A stretch of DNA of 64,000 nucleotides, from positions 14,756,001 through 14,820,000 of the forward strand of contig NC_045138.2 of NCBI RefSeq assembly GCF_008831285.2, given 5' to 3'. Of this stretch, positions 24,690 to 38,629 are shown one piece after another (the stretch's first letter is position 1; each line of letters starts with the position of its first letter). The stretch is from Nymphaea colorata. Lineage: Eukaryota. Made by a program: the position numbers and the translations under genes. Under the pieces are notes generated by a model. It had not been told where the DNA came from, made no database searches, and worked only from the letters and a program-made list of their open reading frames with translations.

Positions 24690-27600
24690 TTATTGCCCAG
24701 TTTGCGCTGACGATCCCACTGAGGCCTTTTCCTCCCCCCGCACGTCGTACTTCTCAAATACCTTCTCCCGGTTTTCTGACCACCAAGTCTCCGCTTGGCG
24801 CTCGGAAAACCTTTTCCGGCTGGGAAAATTCATCACAGCCGTTAGATAAAGGGACTCAAAAACAACGAGTGGAAACAAGCAAAAACCAGGAAAATCACCT
24901 GACCTCTGCTGAAAATGATTTTAAAAGGAGAAAAAAAAATCCTAGGATGACTAACAAAAAAGGATTTAGAAGAAAATAGGTAATAAAGTTGTTGAATGAC
25001 TACCTGAATCTCACTCGCTTGATATCCTTGGTGCCGTCCCGAAGTGCCAACAAGGTTATATATACACCAGGTTCATACTGTTCAATCCATTCGGCTTCGA
25101 CCTGATTACCACCAGCCAACGTGGGGATGGAGCCCTTTGTGCCATTCTGGACGGGTTCGGACTCTGCTCGCGTAGTTCCTGTTGAACTCTTTGCTAGTGG
25201 CAAATTTTCTTCACCATTTTGCATTGTTGAGTTTTCTGGCTCTCTCAAATGAGAATTTGTGCTGTTGGTTGCAACTCGATCATCTCCCAGCGAGTGTGTC
25301 TGGCCTGAAAGGCCAGTTAAATTTGGAGGTTCTGCAGGTTGATAGTGGTTTGCATGGACATGGTGTTGGTTCTCTTCACTGGCAGCAGGTCGGTGAACGG
25401 TGCTAGGCTCCACCCCATTGGGCACGTACATTGGTCTCAAACCGTCGTTGTCATAAACTCCAGGTGGGAGCCTCTCAGCCATATCCTTTAGCTAAACCCC
25501 ATTAAAAAAAAAAAAAGATAATCATATTAGCACGAAATCAAGAATGCAGTGACCATTAGTACAATAAGCAAACAAAATCAGGGAATGGTAGCAGTAGCAC
25601 AAATTCATTGCTTAAGCACCCTACACAACTGCCTGCTGATGACGCATATATGGATTAGACAAAATCATGTCCAAAGCGATTTGATCAAAGAAAAGGACTG
25701 GATGAGATGTGAAGAGACATCGGACACGTGGTTGCAGTTTGCTAACTTTTCAAGGGCATACAGAAGCAGAGCCTCCAGTGAATCATCGGTCCCCTTAAGG
25801 ATATCACCATGTGAAAAAGCGGGTATTTTAATATTCTGAAAGGTAGACAACAGTTGCGTGAGGTAGCTGGACGGCTCACATTGTCGTAACCAGGAGAATG
25901 TACTCAAGCAAAGAAGTGACCCCCATGTTACGTTCTTTGATAATAAAATGGGAAGGGAGATTAACTCCCAGAAGTCTTCCATCGGAAAGAAGCGACCCCC
26001 ATGTGAGCATCATGCCTTAAAAACAAACTTCTCATATTCTCATCTGGTAAGTGAGCCCTAATCATGCGAAATTCAACATTAACAATGTGTGCAAATGCCC
26101 AAGATCCATTATTATGTATAGTTAACTTACTAATGAAAGGCTTCTAGATTTTCTGTTTTCTAAAGGCCAATATTCCAGGGTAGCTTAGTATTATGTCGTA
26201 ACCTAACCGCAGAAATAACTTAACACGTAGCTGCAGAAATAACTTAACACGTGTTCTAATATCACTATACCAAACCCACAAAAGGCGTAGTAGACTGTCT
26301 GCCCTTCCAAAGCTATAGCACGTCGGTTTAGTAACCTATATTAGCCCTTCAAATACCACCCTCCTGAAAGAGTGTGCTATTTATCACTCAAGAACATGGC
26401 ATTTTAAAACAGATTAATGATTAACCATACATCCTCCATATATGGGTCTTTCACCATCAATTGCGTGCATGCACCATCATACCACAGATGTCATTCTTTC
26501 TATTGTTTTAGAACATTTCTGCAGGAATGGAACTACAAGGTCTATAACACAGATTAGCAAAGATGACAAAAAATTTACCTGTGCAGTTAAGGATTTAATT
26601 ACTTCTTTAGCTGCCTTGCACTTTGCAGATTCTTCAGCAGCCAGTGACATAGCCTCCTGAGCCTTTTTTGCAGATTTCTGCAGCTCATATTCTTGGAATT
26701 CACATTTTTGCCTGAGACTCTCAACCTAGAGGACAAGAGCGAAGACATACAAAATGATGATGATATCCACTGGAGAAAGAAAAAATCCGATATGCAAGTA
26801 ATTCCTTTACCTGGGTCCGTAACTTCTGCACTTCCTGACTCAAAAGTTCATTTGTCCTTTTAAGTCCATCAGCAATACTTTTAGAAAAGGAAAGCCCTCC
26901 TCCTGTTGGAACAGGGGTCACAGAACGAGGAGGACTGGACTTCCTTGAAAAAGGTGACACAGCTCGAGAATTCATCACAGATTGCAGAGCTGGAGTGCTC
27001 AATGGCTTGGGAATAACACGAGCTACTGCACCTGGTAAAGAAATGTCTTTAAACTGTAACAAAGCAGCCATCTGTGAAGGTAGAATTGGCGACAAGGAAT
27101 CAGGTTTCTTGCCATGTCTGTTTGCTTTGCTGTCTGTATATTCAACAAGGTCCGATTTAGAAGATTTGATCTCAAGCCTGTCTAACCTGTCTTTGTTTTC
27201 GCCCGATAGACGAGGTACAACACTCTTTTTGTTATTACCACCACCTTCTGATATTTTGCTAAGTTTGAAGTAACAAGAATCACAAACACGATATGCTTTT
27301 CCAGGGTTAGGAGACAAAGCTGCTCTTAATGCTTTTTTGGAGCTGCAGGAATGACAATGAACAAGCCCACAATTGTAGCAATGATGTTTCTTTCTCGTAA
27401 AGCCAAATGCCTGCCTGCATGCTGAGCATTGCGATTGGTCATTGGCAGATACCCACCTATGAAGACATATAGCAGCAGTAAAGTTTGAGCCACAACAGAT
27501 GTGTTTAACGTGCCTATCTTTCAGGGCTTCAACAAGTGTGGGTGATTTCCGATCTTCAATATCCCCATGGCCTAATCTTCCATTAGCTCCTTTTCCCCAA

Positions 27601-30600
27601 GTATAGACTTCATTTCTTGACGTCAAGGCGGCAACGTGGTAGGAACCACAGGAAATTTCTTCAATGGATTCACTTACAAGCTTATCTTCTATTAAACAAG
27701 GTACCTTGCCATCAGACTGAGGGTTGCCAAGCTGACCATAAACAGTACTGCCCATGGTGAAAACATGCCCCGATGTAGTCAGTCCAACTGTAAGGCTATG
27801 TCCACATGCCACCTTATGAAAGTTATACTCAATAAGGGAAGGCACACAAGTAGGAACAGTCCGTGTCTCTTTGTCTCCATGGCCAAGACGGTTCTTGTCT
27901 CCATCGCCCCAGGTGAACAACTTACCTGAGGAAAGGCTAGCACTAGATTGTGTCACAATGACCTCTACAACTGCAGCAGTATGCCATACTCCACATGCCA
28001 CTGCAATTGTCCTCAGCCCCTTCAAAGATTCAACTTCCTTTGGGAACCAAACACTTGCTCGGTCACCATGCCCCAAGACACCAAAGGTCCCATCACCAAA
28101 AGTAAATAATTGCCCAGTTGAAGTTATTAAGGCAGTATGCCATGCACCACAAGAAACTGCCGCAACCTGGATTCCTTCCAGAGGTCCACAAACTCTCTTG
28201 GGTATCCAGTGGCTAACATCACTGCCATGGCCAAGAAGTCCGGCATTATGTGTGCCATCACCCCATGTGAAAAGATCACCGGCCAGAGTAACTGCACAAG
28301 TATGGAACTCACCACAAGCGACAAAATCAACATTACAAGCTGCAAATGACTCGATAAGCCGAGGCTGACTAGCGTCCATTAAAACCCCATGCCCAAGCCG
28401 GCCACCAGATTCCTCACCCCAGGTATAAACTTCACCTTGTCTGCTGACAAGTGCAGCATGTCTACCCCCACAAGAAACACCATGAACATCCAACAAAATG
28501 TTTGATTCAAGAGGCCTAGGAACCAATAGGTCAATCCTAGGAGCTCTACCATTAACATTATTCAGAGAAGCATCAGACAAGATTTGCCCCCAGACGTACA
28601 CATCTCCTAAAGCATCACAATCGTCCTGAGCAGAACCCTGACTAGAAGAGCTAGGGGCACTTGAAACACTGACTCGGTATACATCTGAACTTGCTCCTCT
28701 AACTTGCATATTTGTATTATCTATCCCTACATCTGATCTAACTGAAGTCGTCACACTCTCAAAAGATTGAGCTCTCCTCGAGTTTTCTATGCTCACACTG
28801 GTGGAACTTTTCTGAGAGCTGATCTCTATGGTGTTACCAAGCGAAATTTCGCTTGGACTGCTAGATGTGAGAACACAATTATCCTGAAAATTTACCATGA
28901 ATATGGACATCACTGTAAAGTTGGGAATTTTTCATCAATTTATTTATCAAGATTTAGCACAGGGGACTCCAAAAGGCTTAAAGCAAAAATCAAAGCAGAA
29001 AACAACATTTTTTCGAAACCAAATATTATTTTCCATAGATGCTACAAATATATACATATGACATATCATTTGTATATATGTATGTATATACACATGCAAA
29101 GCATGAATACACACAGCCCCACAACACACACATATAAATAATATGGTCAGCAGCACAAGGTGACATGAAACAGAAAAGAGCAACTGCAACTATCAATAAA
29201 AATATGGCAGTCAAACTAGAGAAAAAGTTTACATCAAAATATAGGCCTCCATCACTCCGGCCATCTATTTTTGACCGCCCCCTTTGGCCAGAAGAAATCA
29301 ATGCCTTCAGTCCAGCAAACCAAACTTCAGCCTCAATCTTATCCTTGCAGATCTACAGAACCGAATAGAAGATATATTTTGCTAAGAATCAGATAATTTT
29401 GACTTAGAGAAGCCAAGCATAAAAAAAAGCAAAAAAGAACTTACCAGATCAAGAGACTGCTCACCATTGTCATAGATCAACGAAAAGGACAGATAATCCT
29501 TCTCAGGGCATAAATTTCGCTTGAAAATTGGCTGGAAAAAGCATTCGTGAAATTTTATTAATAGAGACAAGGATCTTCTCCGACAAAAAAGTTTTCTTTC
29601 TTCAGAATGTAAGAGACTTTAACTATATTTGAAACAGAAGCCAATCAAATTCTTCTTAAACACTAACAAGAATTTCAATAATCAAACAAGTGACTAACCG
29701 TTCTTTGTCCAGGAACAATTTTGGAGATTGATGCAATCTTTAGCTTTTTTTCTTCACCACTTGAAAACCAGATCAAAGTTGATTCATCCTAAAAAGCAGA
29801 TAGTCCAATAAATTAGGAATTTATAGGAGATTAAGGAACCAGAGGTCCCAAGTTGTGATGTAAATGTCTCAGCAGACACATGATTCATACTAAATACTGC
29901 TGTAAAACTATAAATAAAATCTGAGAATATCTTAACATAGCAATGTACAATGACTGCTATGAACTGAAAATGAGCCCTTTCATCTGTTCATGTAAAATTT
30001 ACCATGTCCACGTGTCCAAAAATTTTGAAAATTGCCGTGTCCCCGTACCCGCACCCATGTGACATAGATATGTATATGTATTTGTTGTGTACAGTTAGAG
30101 AGATAGAGATACTTCCAATAGAAAGAAAAAGGATGTGAGAGCATAAATGCATCAAAAAGTAGAAGCACTGAGCAATCACAAAAATCATACAACAAAGAAA
30201 ATTATATCATGTTAAAAATTTGAACATTCAGTCAAATCCTAGAAAAGTGATCAACATGTAAAGATAATGGCCTACACACAAAATTGAAAATGAAAAATGT
30301 ATTGATGCAAAGCGTGATTATCTGTGATAATCTTCTAAACACTAAGCAGTCCTGTTTTCAGATGGCCAAGATGAAGGATGACATTGAGGCACTTAATATG
30401 GAACTCTGCATCAGAATTATGCAACCCTTAAGTAGTTGAAATCTCTTATTTAACTTTAAATTGGAATTCAACACACTCATCAGGCAATGGGCTTTCCACT
30501 CACACATATATTTTGGAGTGTCTATCTTCCTATTCATATTGTATGCCTCATTCCCTGATTTCCATTGTTCTTTATCTCACACTAATAGCACGGACACAGA

Positions 30601-32002
30601 AATTTGTGGAATGCAGTAGGAATGAAGATTCTCTTTCCGTATAACATACAGGAAATAACTGTCATTTACTGCACCCATTTTATTGACGAATAACACTTCG
30701 ATTAACCATCTTGTGCATTGATGAAACGCAAAATTTTCTGCTCTTAAAACCCAGATAGCAATATGCTAAATCAGAAAGGAGATATAGCAAGAAATAAGTA
30801 TCCGAACAAGAGATAAAGACAACGAAGGAGATAGAAACCTACTTTAGAAAGTCTAAATGGGCAGAACTTTGGCTTCCCCTTGCGGCCATACTTCAGCAAC
30901 TGAGTGCCTTTCTTCAAAGCAATAAGGGCCTTAAAACAGAGAAATATTAAAAAAAAAATCAGCCAAATAAAAGCAGAAAATGTACGAGGTAGAAAAAAGA
31001 TAGCCGGATAAAAAATTCCAGATTTTAACTGCATGAACAAGGCATCTAGAGTGACTTATTATTCCACACAACAAAAACTAAAAAGCAAGTAAATGATATA
31101 GAAGATAACAATCATTTGCTCTTAATTGTTCACAGTTGCAAATATTCTAAAGTACATAAACCACAAATTTCTTCTGGAAGCCAAGGTAGTCCATAATCAG
31201 ATGCGCTAGCAGAACCCGATGCTCGAAGTCGCAGATCATCGATACAGCAAGAAAGAACCGTACACAGCAAAAAATCCAGCGTCACCAGAGCGGATGAACA
31301 AGTACCAAGAAGTTCCACTGACGTTTCTCTCTGTAATCCATTGTCATACAGTTGATCACTAGCTTTAAAATTCTCGGAAAACCGTTCTCCAAACCACATC
31401 AGAACAATGGCAATGCATCATGATCAAATACAGTTTTTATCCTCTGACACTGTGAAATGTGAAAGACTTACTCAGGGCTCCCTCTCCACTCCCTTTTTCC
31501 GTAGGAAAAAAAAAAGAGCAAACTGAAGAGAACACAAACCTAATAAAAGGAATTCATACAAATAGCATATGCAAGATGGTAAAATGTAAATACATTCCGA
31601 GAAAGTAAAAATTATAAATCCGTGGCTCCATTTAGCATACAAAACCTTGAACAAGAATGAAAACAGAGTAACAGGATGATCGTTTTGCCTCCGTAAAAGT
31701 ACGTTCTCGGTTCAACTTTTTCAATTTTTCGATCTTAGTCTACCATGTGAATCAAATAACTTGGAACACGAAGAAGAAGCCCACAATGTCAAAGAAACAA
31801 ACTCTCAAACCTTCAAGAAACCTTCAAAGGGTGCGGCACCTCTCGCATTTCAAAGTCACAAACAACTCTACCTCATCCAAGTCAATGAGGGGAGAGGCAC
31901 AGAAAACACGATAAAAGAGGGACGAAGTCGGAGAAAAATGAAAGATCAAATCACCTGCTCGATATCTCGCTCAGAACTCCCATAGCTAGCAAGATCTGCC
32001 AT
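24690..32002 (-). CDS. PRAF/RLD: PH, RCC1, FYVE and BRX domain protein (PRAF/RLD family). Exons: 32002-31955, 30929-30843, 29788-29699, 29531-29445, 29352-29233, 28883-26811, 26725-26579, 25491-25004, 24819-24690
   Basis: PH start [44 protein letters not shown]. Multiple RCC1 repeats ([21 protein letters not shown]). [25 protein letters not shown]...[23 protein letters not shown]...[18 protein letters not shown]. All junctions are GT-AG and in phase. Confidence 0.95.
30002..30067. mobile_element. Truncated end of the same hAT-type MITE family, in PRAF intron 2
   Basis: Ends in ...CCCGTACCCGCACCCATGTGACATAG, matching the TIR and subterminal motifs of the copies at 17355 and 50083. No partner end is visible. 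Confidence 0.7.
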
Positions 32003-34605
32003 TCCATGTGAGACACTTTGCCGCCTGACGCCACCGCCCGCCGAGCACAACCCGTTCGACCACCCCGCATCAGGTTCCGCCGCTCCGGGACGCGGTTCTT
32101 CATAGACTCCACAGCCTCCACCGGCGGATTGACATCAATCTCCGATCTCAGAAGCCCTATCACCACAAAAAACTGCGAGAAACCCTAGTCCTCCACAACT
32201 CTCCCAGCTAGAAATACTCTTCCTTGCTTCCGCGCCACAGTCCCCCACTCTCCTCGCCGCGAAAAATCACTGAAGCGGGAAGACACATGCAGCGCTTTCA
32301 CGGGATATCCACTAAGGGAAAAAAAGAGGAGCAATGCTCCGCAATGAAGGTACGGGAAGCATCCACGTCGAGTCTTCTGATCAAACGGCTGGTACAGGCA
32401 GGTGGCCGGAGGAGTCAGACTCCGGCGGTGAAGAGAGGGAAAAAAGATCGCCGGAGAACTCGGATTCCGGTCGTAAAGAAACAGAGAAAATATAGGAAAA
32501 ATGCAAAAAAAAATAGCAAATAAATTACAAAATGAGATATAAGAGAGAGCGGAAGTGCAGTAAACGCTCGCACGGAAACGGAAGACTCTTTCTCTCTCTT
32601 CCTCCCTCTTTCTTCCTCTCCCGAAATGATCGCGCCCGGGGTCCTTGTGCCCGTAGTAACTTGGGTCTGATCTCGTCAGCCTGCGTTACGAAACTACCCT
32701 CCGTTTTAACTTTTATTACCTTCTTGTATTGCCTATTCTCTCTCTTTCGTCCTCTCGCCGGCGGAAAATTAGAGGAGGCTGGTTGAGTTTCATCTGAAAT
32801 TCGGAATAACTCTTGACTTCTTTATTATTTCTATTAACCTACATTCTTAGGAGCATATTATGTGTTACTGCCCCAAACAAGGTAACATACGTTATGCACT
32901 CGAAATGATTAAAATGCTAAATGGAAGATCCACTCTTTACGAGGGAAAAAGTGAATTTTGAAAATTTTTCCTTACAAAATTATCCCTATAGTGAAAGGTG
33001 GGATCAGGTCATCCTTTCTTGTTCATTTGAAACATATCCTTTCTTGTCATGAGTTAATTCGAATTCGGCTAAATGGGAAAGGCGATGTCATGTGAAATTA
33101 TTGAAGTTTCTGAATTTCTAATGACATTCTAATACCCCAGGTTAGGTATTGAAAAACTTTTAAAGATACAAGTTCTTATGGGCAACTGAAATTTCACCTA
33201 AATCTGGATTTTGGAGGCAAAATCGTTTAGTGGTTGACGCATGTTTGTGCGAAAGTCAAACTTGGGTTTAATTCATTGTCATGGAGAAGAATTTCCCCCG
33301 AGATACAGAATTTCAGGTTTAATTCATTGTTCAGCCCCCCGTCCTTTGAACTTCTTCCCGAAAACCGCCTCGAAGTAATTGGCGGTATATTGCCGCCAAC
33401 AATCTAGGGTTCAACTCCTGCCAAACCGCAGGGACATTTTACGATAAAGTCAAGGATAGTTGCGTCATTTCGCACAGGAAAGAACGCCCCCGGCGACCAT
33501 GACGCATCTTTTACCCGCCCTCGTGGACTTTTTGTCGGCTCTTACTGCGCTTTCCACGATTCCGATATTGTCCTTGAATATTTTTATTTTGTCATCAACA
33601 GTTCTGGTTCGGTATGGGCCCACGGACCCGGACTAGAGAAGATGGATCCAGCTTCGATATGAAAACGATATACACTCTGAATTTGGTTTAAGACGTTCCA
33701 AATCTCATGGTTCCCTGAGTTTTAACCAAATCCAAACGCACGATCTAATGCTAAAACCCGATCGAAATTGGACTCTTACAAGGGCAGATTTTCAAGGTCC
33801 AGAACTCGCGAATTCTCCAATCTTGTCGGACCGAGCAGCCAATCCAAAATCCACCCAACATCGGTTTTGTTTGGACTAACTCGGTCTCAGTTCAGACCAT
33901 AATATTTGGGTCCAATCAAGATTATCCAAACGGAATTTGATCCAACAAGGGTTCGGGTCACGGGGCAGGACTCGCAGTTTTGGTTCGCAAGGGCATTTCA
34001 GGCAATTTCTACAGTGCTTGGGAAATGAAAGTAAGTTAATGCAATACTTTTCAAAGCATGAGGAGGTGAACTGGTGATTGGGATTGGCTGATTTGACGTC
34101 TTAGCGTGCAGTTGATTTGGTCATCAAGTCAGAGCGGTGGGCGCGTTGAACGGGTCGGGTCAAAATTGTATTCAAATCTGGATCTTCACAAAAAAGACGG
34201 ATTCCAACCAATGTCTCTTGCTCGATACGTATCGCGGTCTTTCGTTCTTAACGTGAAGAAACGTTGAAAATTTTGTTGCTTTGGAAAGCTTCCAATCCTG
34301 ATTGCCTTGTAAAATACAAGGCAAAGTTATTTCCGGTGAACCGAGGGGCTCATCATATTGCATGCAGAACTGATCGCCTGGGTTATGATATGAGACTTCG
34401 CAGTGTTTCGATGGGAATGCATTGAACTTTGAAGGAAAAGGGTGGGACCCACAGCCTTTTCAAGTACAACTATTTTGGCCAACCAACAAAAAGAAGTTGA
34501 ACTTCCGAAACCAAGAATATTCATGCTTAACCTGACTTTCCTAATACCGACTATTTAACATAATTTTCACGATTTCGGTTGGTTTGCTTGTAGAGTTTAT
34601 GTACA

Positions 34606-34642
<37 letters not shown>

Positions 34643-35590
34643 AAACAAGAGAGAGAGAGAGAGAGAGACCCATCGGGTAGGAGACTCTTAGTTGTTTGAT
34701 CTTTTTAAAATTGATAGCTAAGAGAAAATCAAGTAAAAAAATGATATAGAATATTGTAGTCACCCATAATTTTTTTCCTTGATTTTACCTCAACCATTCA
34801 TGTTAGAAAATTAATTACTAAGATGATTCTTTATTGGTATGGACCTAAGAATCCCTTACTTACCAGTTTTTTTCTCTCTCTCCATATATATATATATATA
34901 TATATATGTGGTAAATAGGTAAGACAAAATTGATTGTTCAAGTATTTGTGCTGTTTCTCCTTACCGTAAAGATTTTGACAATAATTTTATGCTGAAATAG
35001 TCAACCTTTTGAGTTTAGTTATTGGTTTCTATGGCGTCAAATAGGAAATTTAAGACAGCGGTATGTTATTCCTGAATCAATTAATTAAAATCAATTGTTT
35101 AAGGCTGCATCATCCAATATTAAAATTTATTAACAGTAGAAAAATCAATGTTTTTTTTTTCTAAAAAGAGCTTAAATTAAAACATTTTTATGTTTCATCA
35201 GCATTTACAAACACATTAGAATGTTTACATGTTGTTTAAATTTTTTTTTTAACAAAAAATTAAGAGGTTTTGTTTTTATCTCTGACCTAAGTGGCTTGAG
35301 ATATACCGAGTTTCCTAATATTTGTATATGCTTAGATTGTGTCATGTTGCTTAAGAGTGTCTTCCCATGTTTCAACCTTTTTCTTTCACATAAATCTAAT
35401 TGTGAACAAGGTATAACATGTGATGATAGCACTTAGAATGAGTGAAAAGACTTTCGAGACAAGAAAAAGGAGAGGCACAATCATGTTAGATGATTAAAAC
35501 TTAAAAAAATAACCACTGACATTAACAATATATAATCATGTTAGTGCTCAATTTATAGATTTTTAGCCATATGGCATTCAGCAGCATTGA

Positions 35591-35639
<49 letters not shown>

Positions 35640-36367
35640 CTAGTCCGTCCCTGAAGAACCATATTTGACATTAAGCTATTTAAGATGGATGGTTGAAAAA
35701 AAAACGAAAAAAAAGTTATTAATTAATATATGATCAAATGTTTAGGGTGTTGAATATTGACGAATGAAAATATGTGTGTGTGTGCGTGCACACGCCATCT
35801 TTGCACATGAAGATGACATTCGCTTAATAAATTCCTCGAAGAAAAAGCACAAAACATGTTAAAAATGGTTGTATGACTTGATATAAAATTTGGAGGATGT
35901 GCATATGGATGTGCTAGAAAGTTTTTGATTTGGTCCAAAAATAATTAGGAAGCAAAAGAAGAGAAACAATTAAGATCCGCGGCCTAATTTGCCTAGACTT
36001 CAACCTCCGTACCTTTGGTCGCCATTTATGGCAGCATAATAATAGACAGTAGAGAGTGACAGGACTGGTGAGCAGGCCTAGCGGGCACACAAACTTGATC
36101 CATCTACTCTTCTCTACAATTGGGATCGGGCGAATCGACTTTAACTTTACGTGTTATGTGTTTAACCAACACGAGAGTTACAATTCTTCAAACTTAATCT
36201 AACATATAAAATAAAAGCTAAGATCATGCATACATCTTTTCAAATAATCTAGCGTCTAGATTTAAAAAGAGAGTTGGTAGCTTCCAAAGGAGGAAGAAAG
36301 AATGAACTCTCTAGCAGTGTGTGTATATATATATATATATATGTGTGTGGAGAGGCACTGAAAGATT

Positions 36368-36728
36368 TTGGTACATTTCAGACCGTTAGGTCAGAGATTA
36401 AAAAAAAAAGCTAGGCCCTTTAAATTTTTGTTAAAAATGTCATAAATAAAATATATATATCTATATTTATAAAAACTGTTTTGACATGAAACATGCTTTG
36501 ATTAAAGTTGTTTTATGAAAAATATAGATTTTTCTGCTATCAAAATGTTGATGTTTATGGCAGCCGTTCATTTTTTTCTTATAAAAACACTATTAAACTT
36601 CAAGAAATGATCAACTTAATCTTAAGGTCATATTGGCAATATTAGATAGCAAAAAAAAAACAGACTTTAATCACTCCATTAAAGTGATCTGGTTTTGTCC
36701 CCTGACCTAATAGTCTGGGATGTACCAA
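36368..36728. mobile_element. Fold-back MITE with about 30-bp TIRs, between (TA)n tracts
   Basis: Left end TTGGTACATTTCAGACCGTTAGGTCAGAGA matches the reverse complement of the right end, TTGGTACATCCCAGACTATTAGGTCAGGGGA. Confidence 0.75.
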
Positions 36729-38584
36729 TTTTCCTCTCTTTTTCGCTTTATATATATATATATATACACACACAGAGATACAAAATGTCAGAGATTACCA
36801 AATTATTAACATAAAACAACATATTGCTAAAAAATGGTTATGATTTATACTGTAACAATAGTTCATTGTACATTTACCTGCAGTTTATAGGTTTTTATGG
36901 CAGTTTTTAAATTTAAAACACCTGATAGCATTCAGCATCTTGCATATTTGAATTCACACACGCGCACACACACACACATGTGTGTGTGTGTGTGTGTATA
37001 TATCCACTTTAGAAATAACTTCGATCGTTGGAGAAGGTTGAAGAGCATAGTGATTCATTAGCTGAACGATTAGGGTGTGATGTGAAGTTGTAGCCCTTAA
37101 TTTAGAAGAAAATCAAAAGGCGTCAAGCAACAGACTTGGGCCAATCCATTCTTGAAACCCAACAAAAAAAAAGGTGGGGGGGGGGCCACAATGATCAGGT
37201 CCTTATTGGCATCATCCCCTTGTTGTAATCTTCAGGTAAGCAGCCTACCCCCAACTGGTACTTGGCCCCAAATAGATGCTACCAATATCTCAAGCCCATT
37301 CAATCATCATGACGCTTATCCAAACCAATTCGATTTATCATCAAGTCCCTTTATATCATTTTTCCATCAATGGGCACTCAATCTATAACTAATTCCACGA
37401 TTCTGTCAATTGATCCGACCTTTAACGAGTTTTGTTGCATTAGATCCGATCCGTTCACAACCTTATTTATAACTATGGCTTCAAAATAATTGCATTTGGA
37501 AAGTTAAAAAGAAAAAATGAAATACTTGGTAAGATTATTGTTTTGACGACTGTAAATAGTTTAGATCCAGGTTCGACCCTGCCACATTCGGATCTGGACC
37601 CAAATTCAAACACGATTTTTAAATTTTGAATTTTAATAGAGTATCATAATAGAAAAACCATAAGACTTATAATCCAAGAGGCGGGAAGGGGTCGGACTAT
37701 AGATCCATGATTTTAAATCCCCCTCGATGTGTGTAGCCTCGGATCTCATATTTGAGGCCGTCAAACATAGAATTATTGTAGCCCCCCTATAATTCATTTT
37801 TTTAGAATTCCTTTCTTGTCATCATTCTGTTTAAAAAAGGGCCATGGGGGACCCACAAAATCATCATGGAGGCCATTGAACACCAGAAACATGGTTGTGG
37901 GGCATGTTGTGTCGATTGATATGGAAACAATGCCTTTCCATGTGGAGGGGATGGAGGTGTTGAGTTACTATCAATCTATGTTCTCTTGTCACAAAATTTC
38001 ATTTTCACAACCTTCTGAGTTGGTCGCGTCACTGCACTTACCATGCCTTTTTTCCTTTTCCTCCCTCTCTACTATTTTAATGCCATGCATATTTAATAAA
38101 ATGGATTCCTTTATCGAAAGCAAAATATAGTAAATAAATGAAAAGCGAAAAAAATTACATTATTAAATGTGAAAATATATTATATTTCAACCAACATATT
38201 ATAGTGGGTGAGACTAAAGGTTTATAAAAAGATAGGTCTCTAGTTCGATTTTCATGGGTGTTGTGTTAAGATGGTAAGACACAACATCTAATTTAAAGAG
38301 TGAACTGTTTTGACACTGGCTCTGGTGTAGCTCAAAACCCTCGAGGTAGGACAATGAAGATGTCTTTAAGCTTTATTTTGAGTGGCAGGATAGAACCTAT
38401 CTGAGTGAGAGACTCAAAAATGTGAAAGAGATATTAAAAATTTCCATGCATCTCAATTTCAAAATTCTTTTTCACATTTAAAGATCTAAATTTAGTTCAT
38501 AACCTTTGCTTATCCATACGGCTTAATGTTGGCCAATATGTATAGTCGCAAATTGACCTGTATCGACCTCTTTTTCATGTTTGA

Positions 38585-38629
<45 letters not shown>

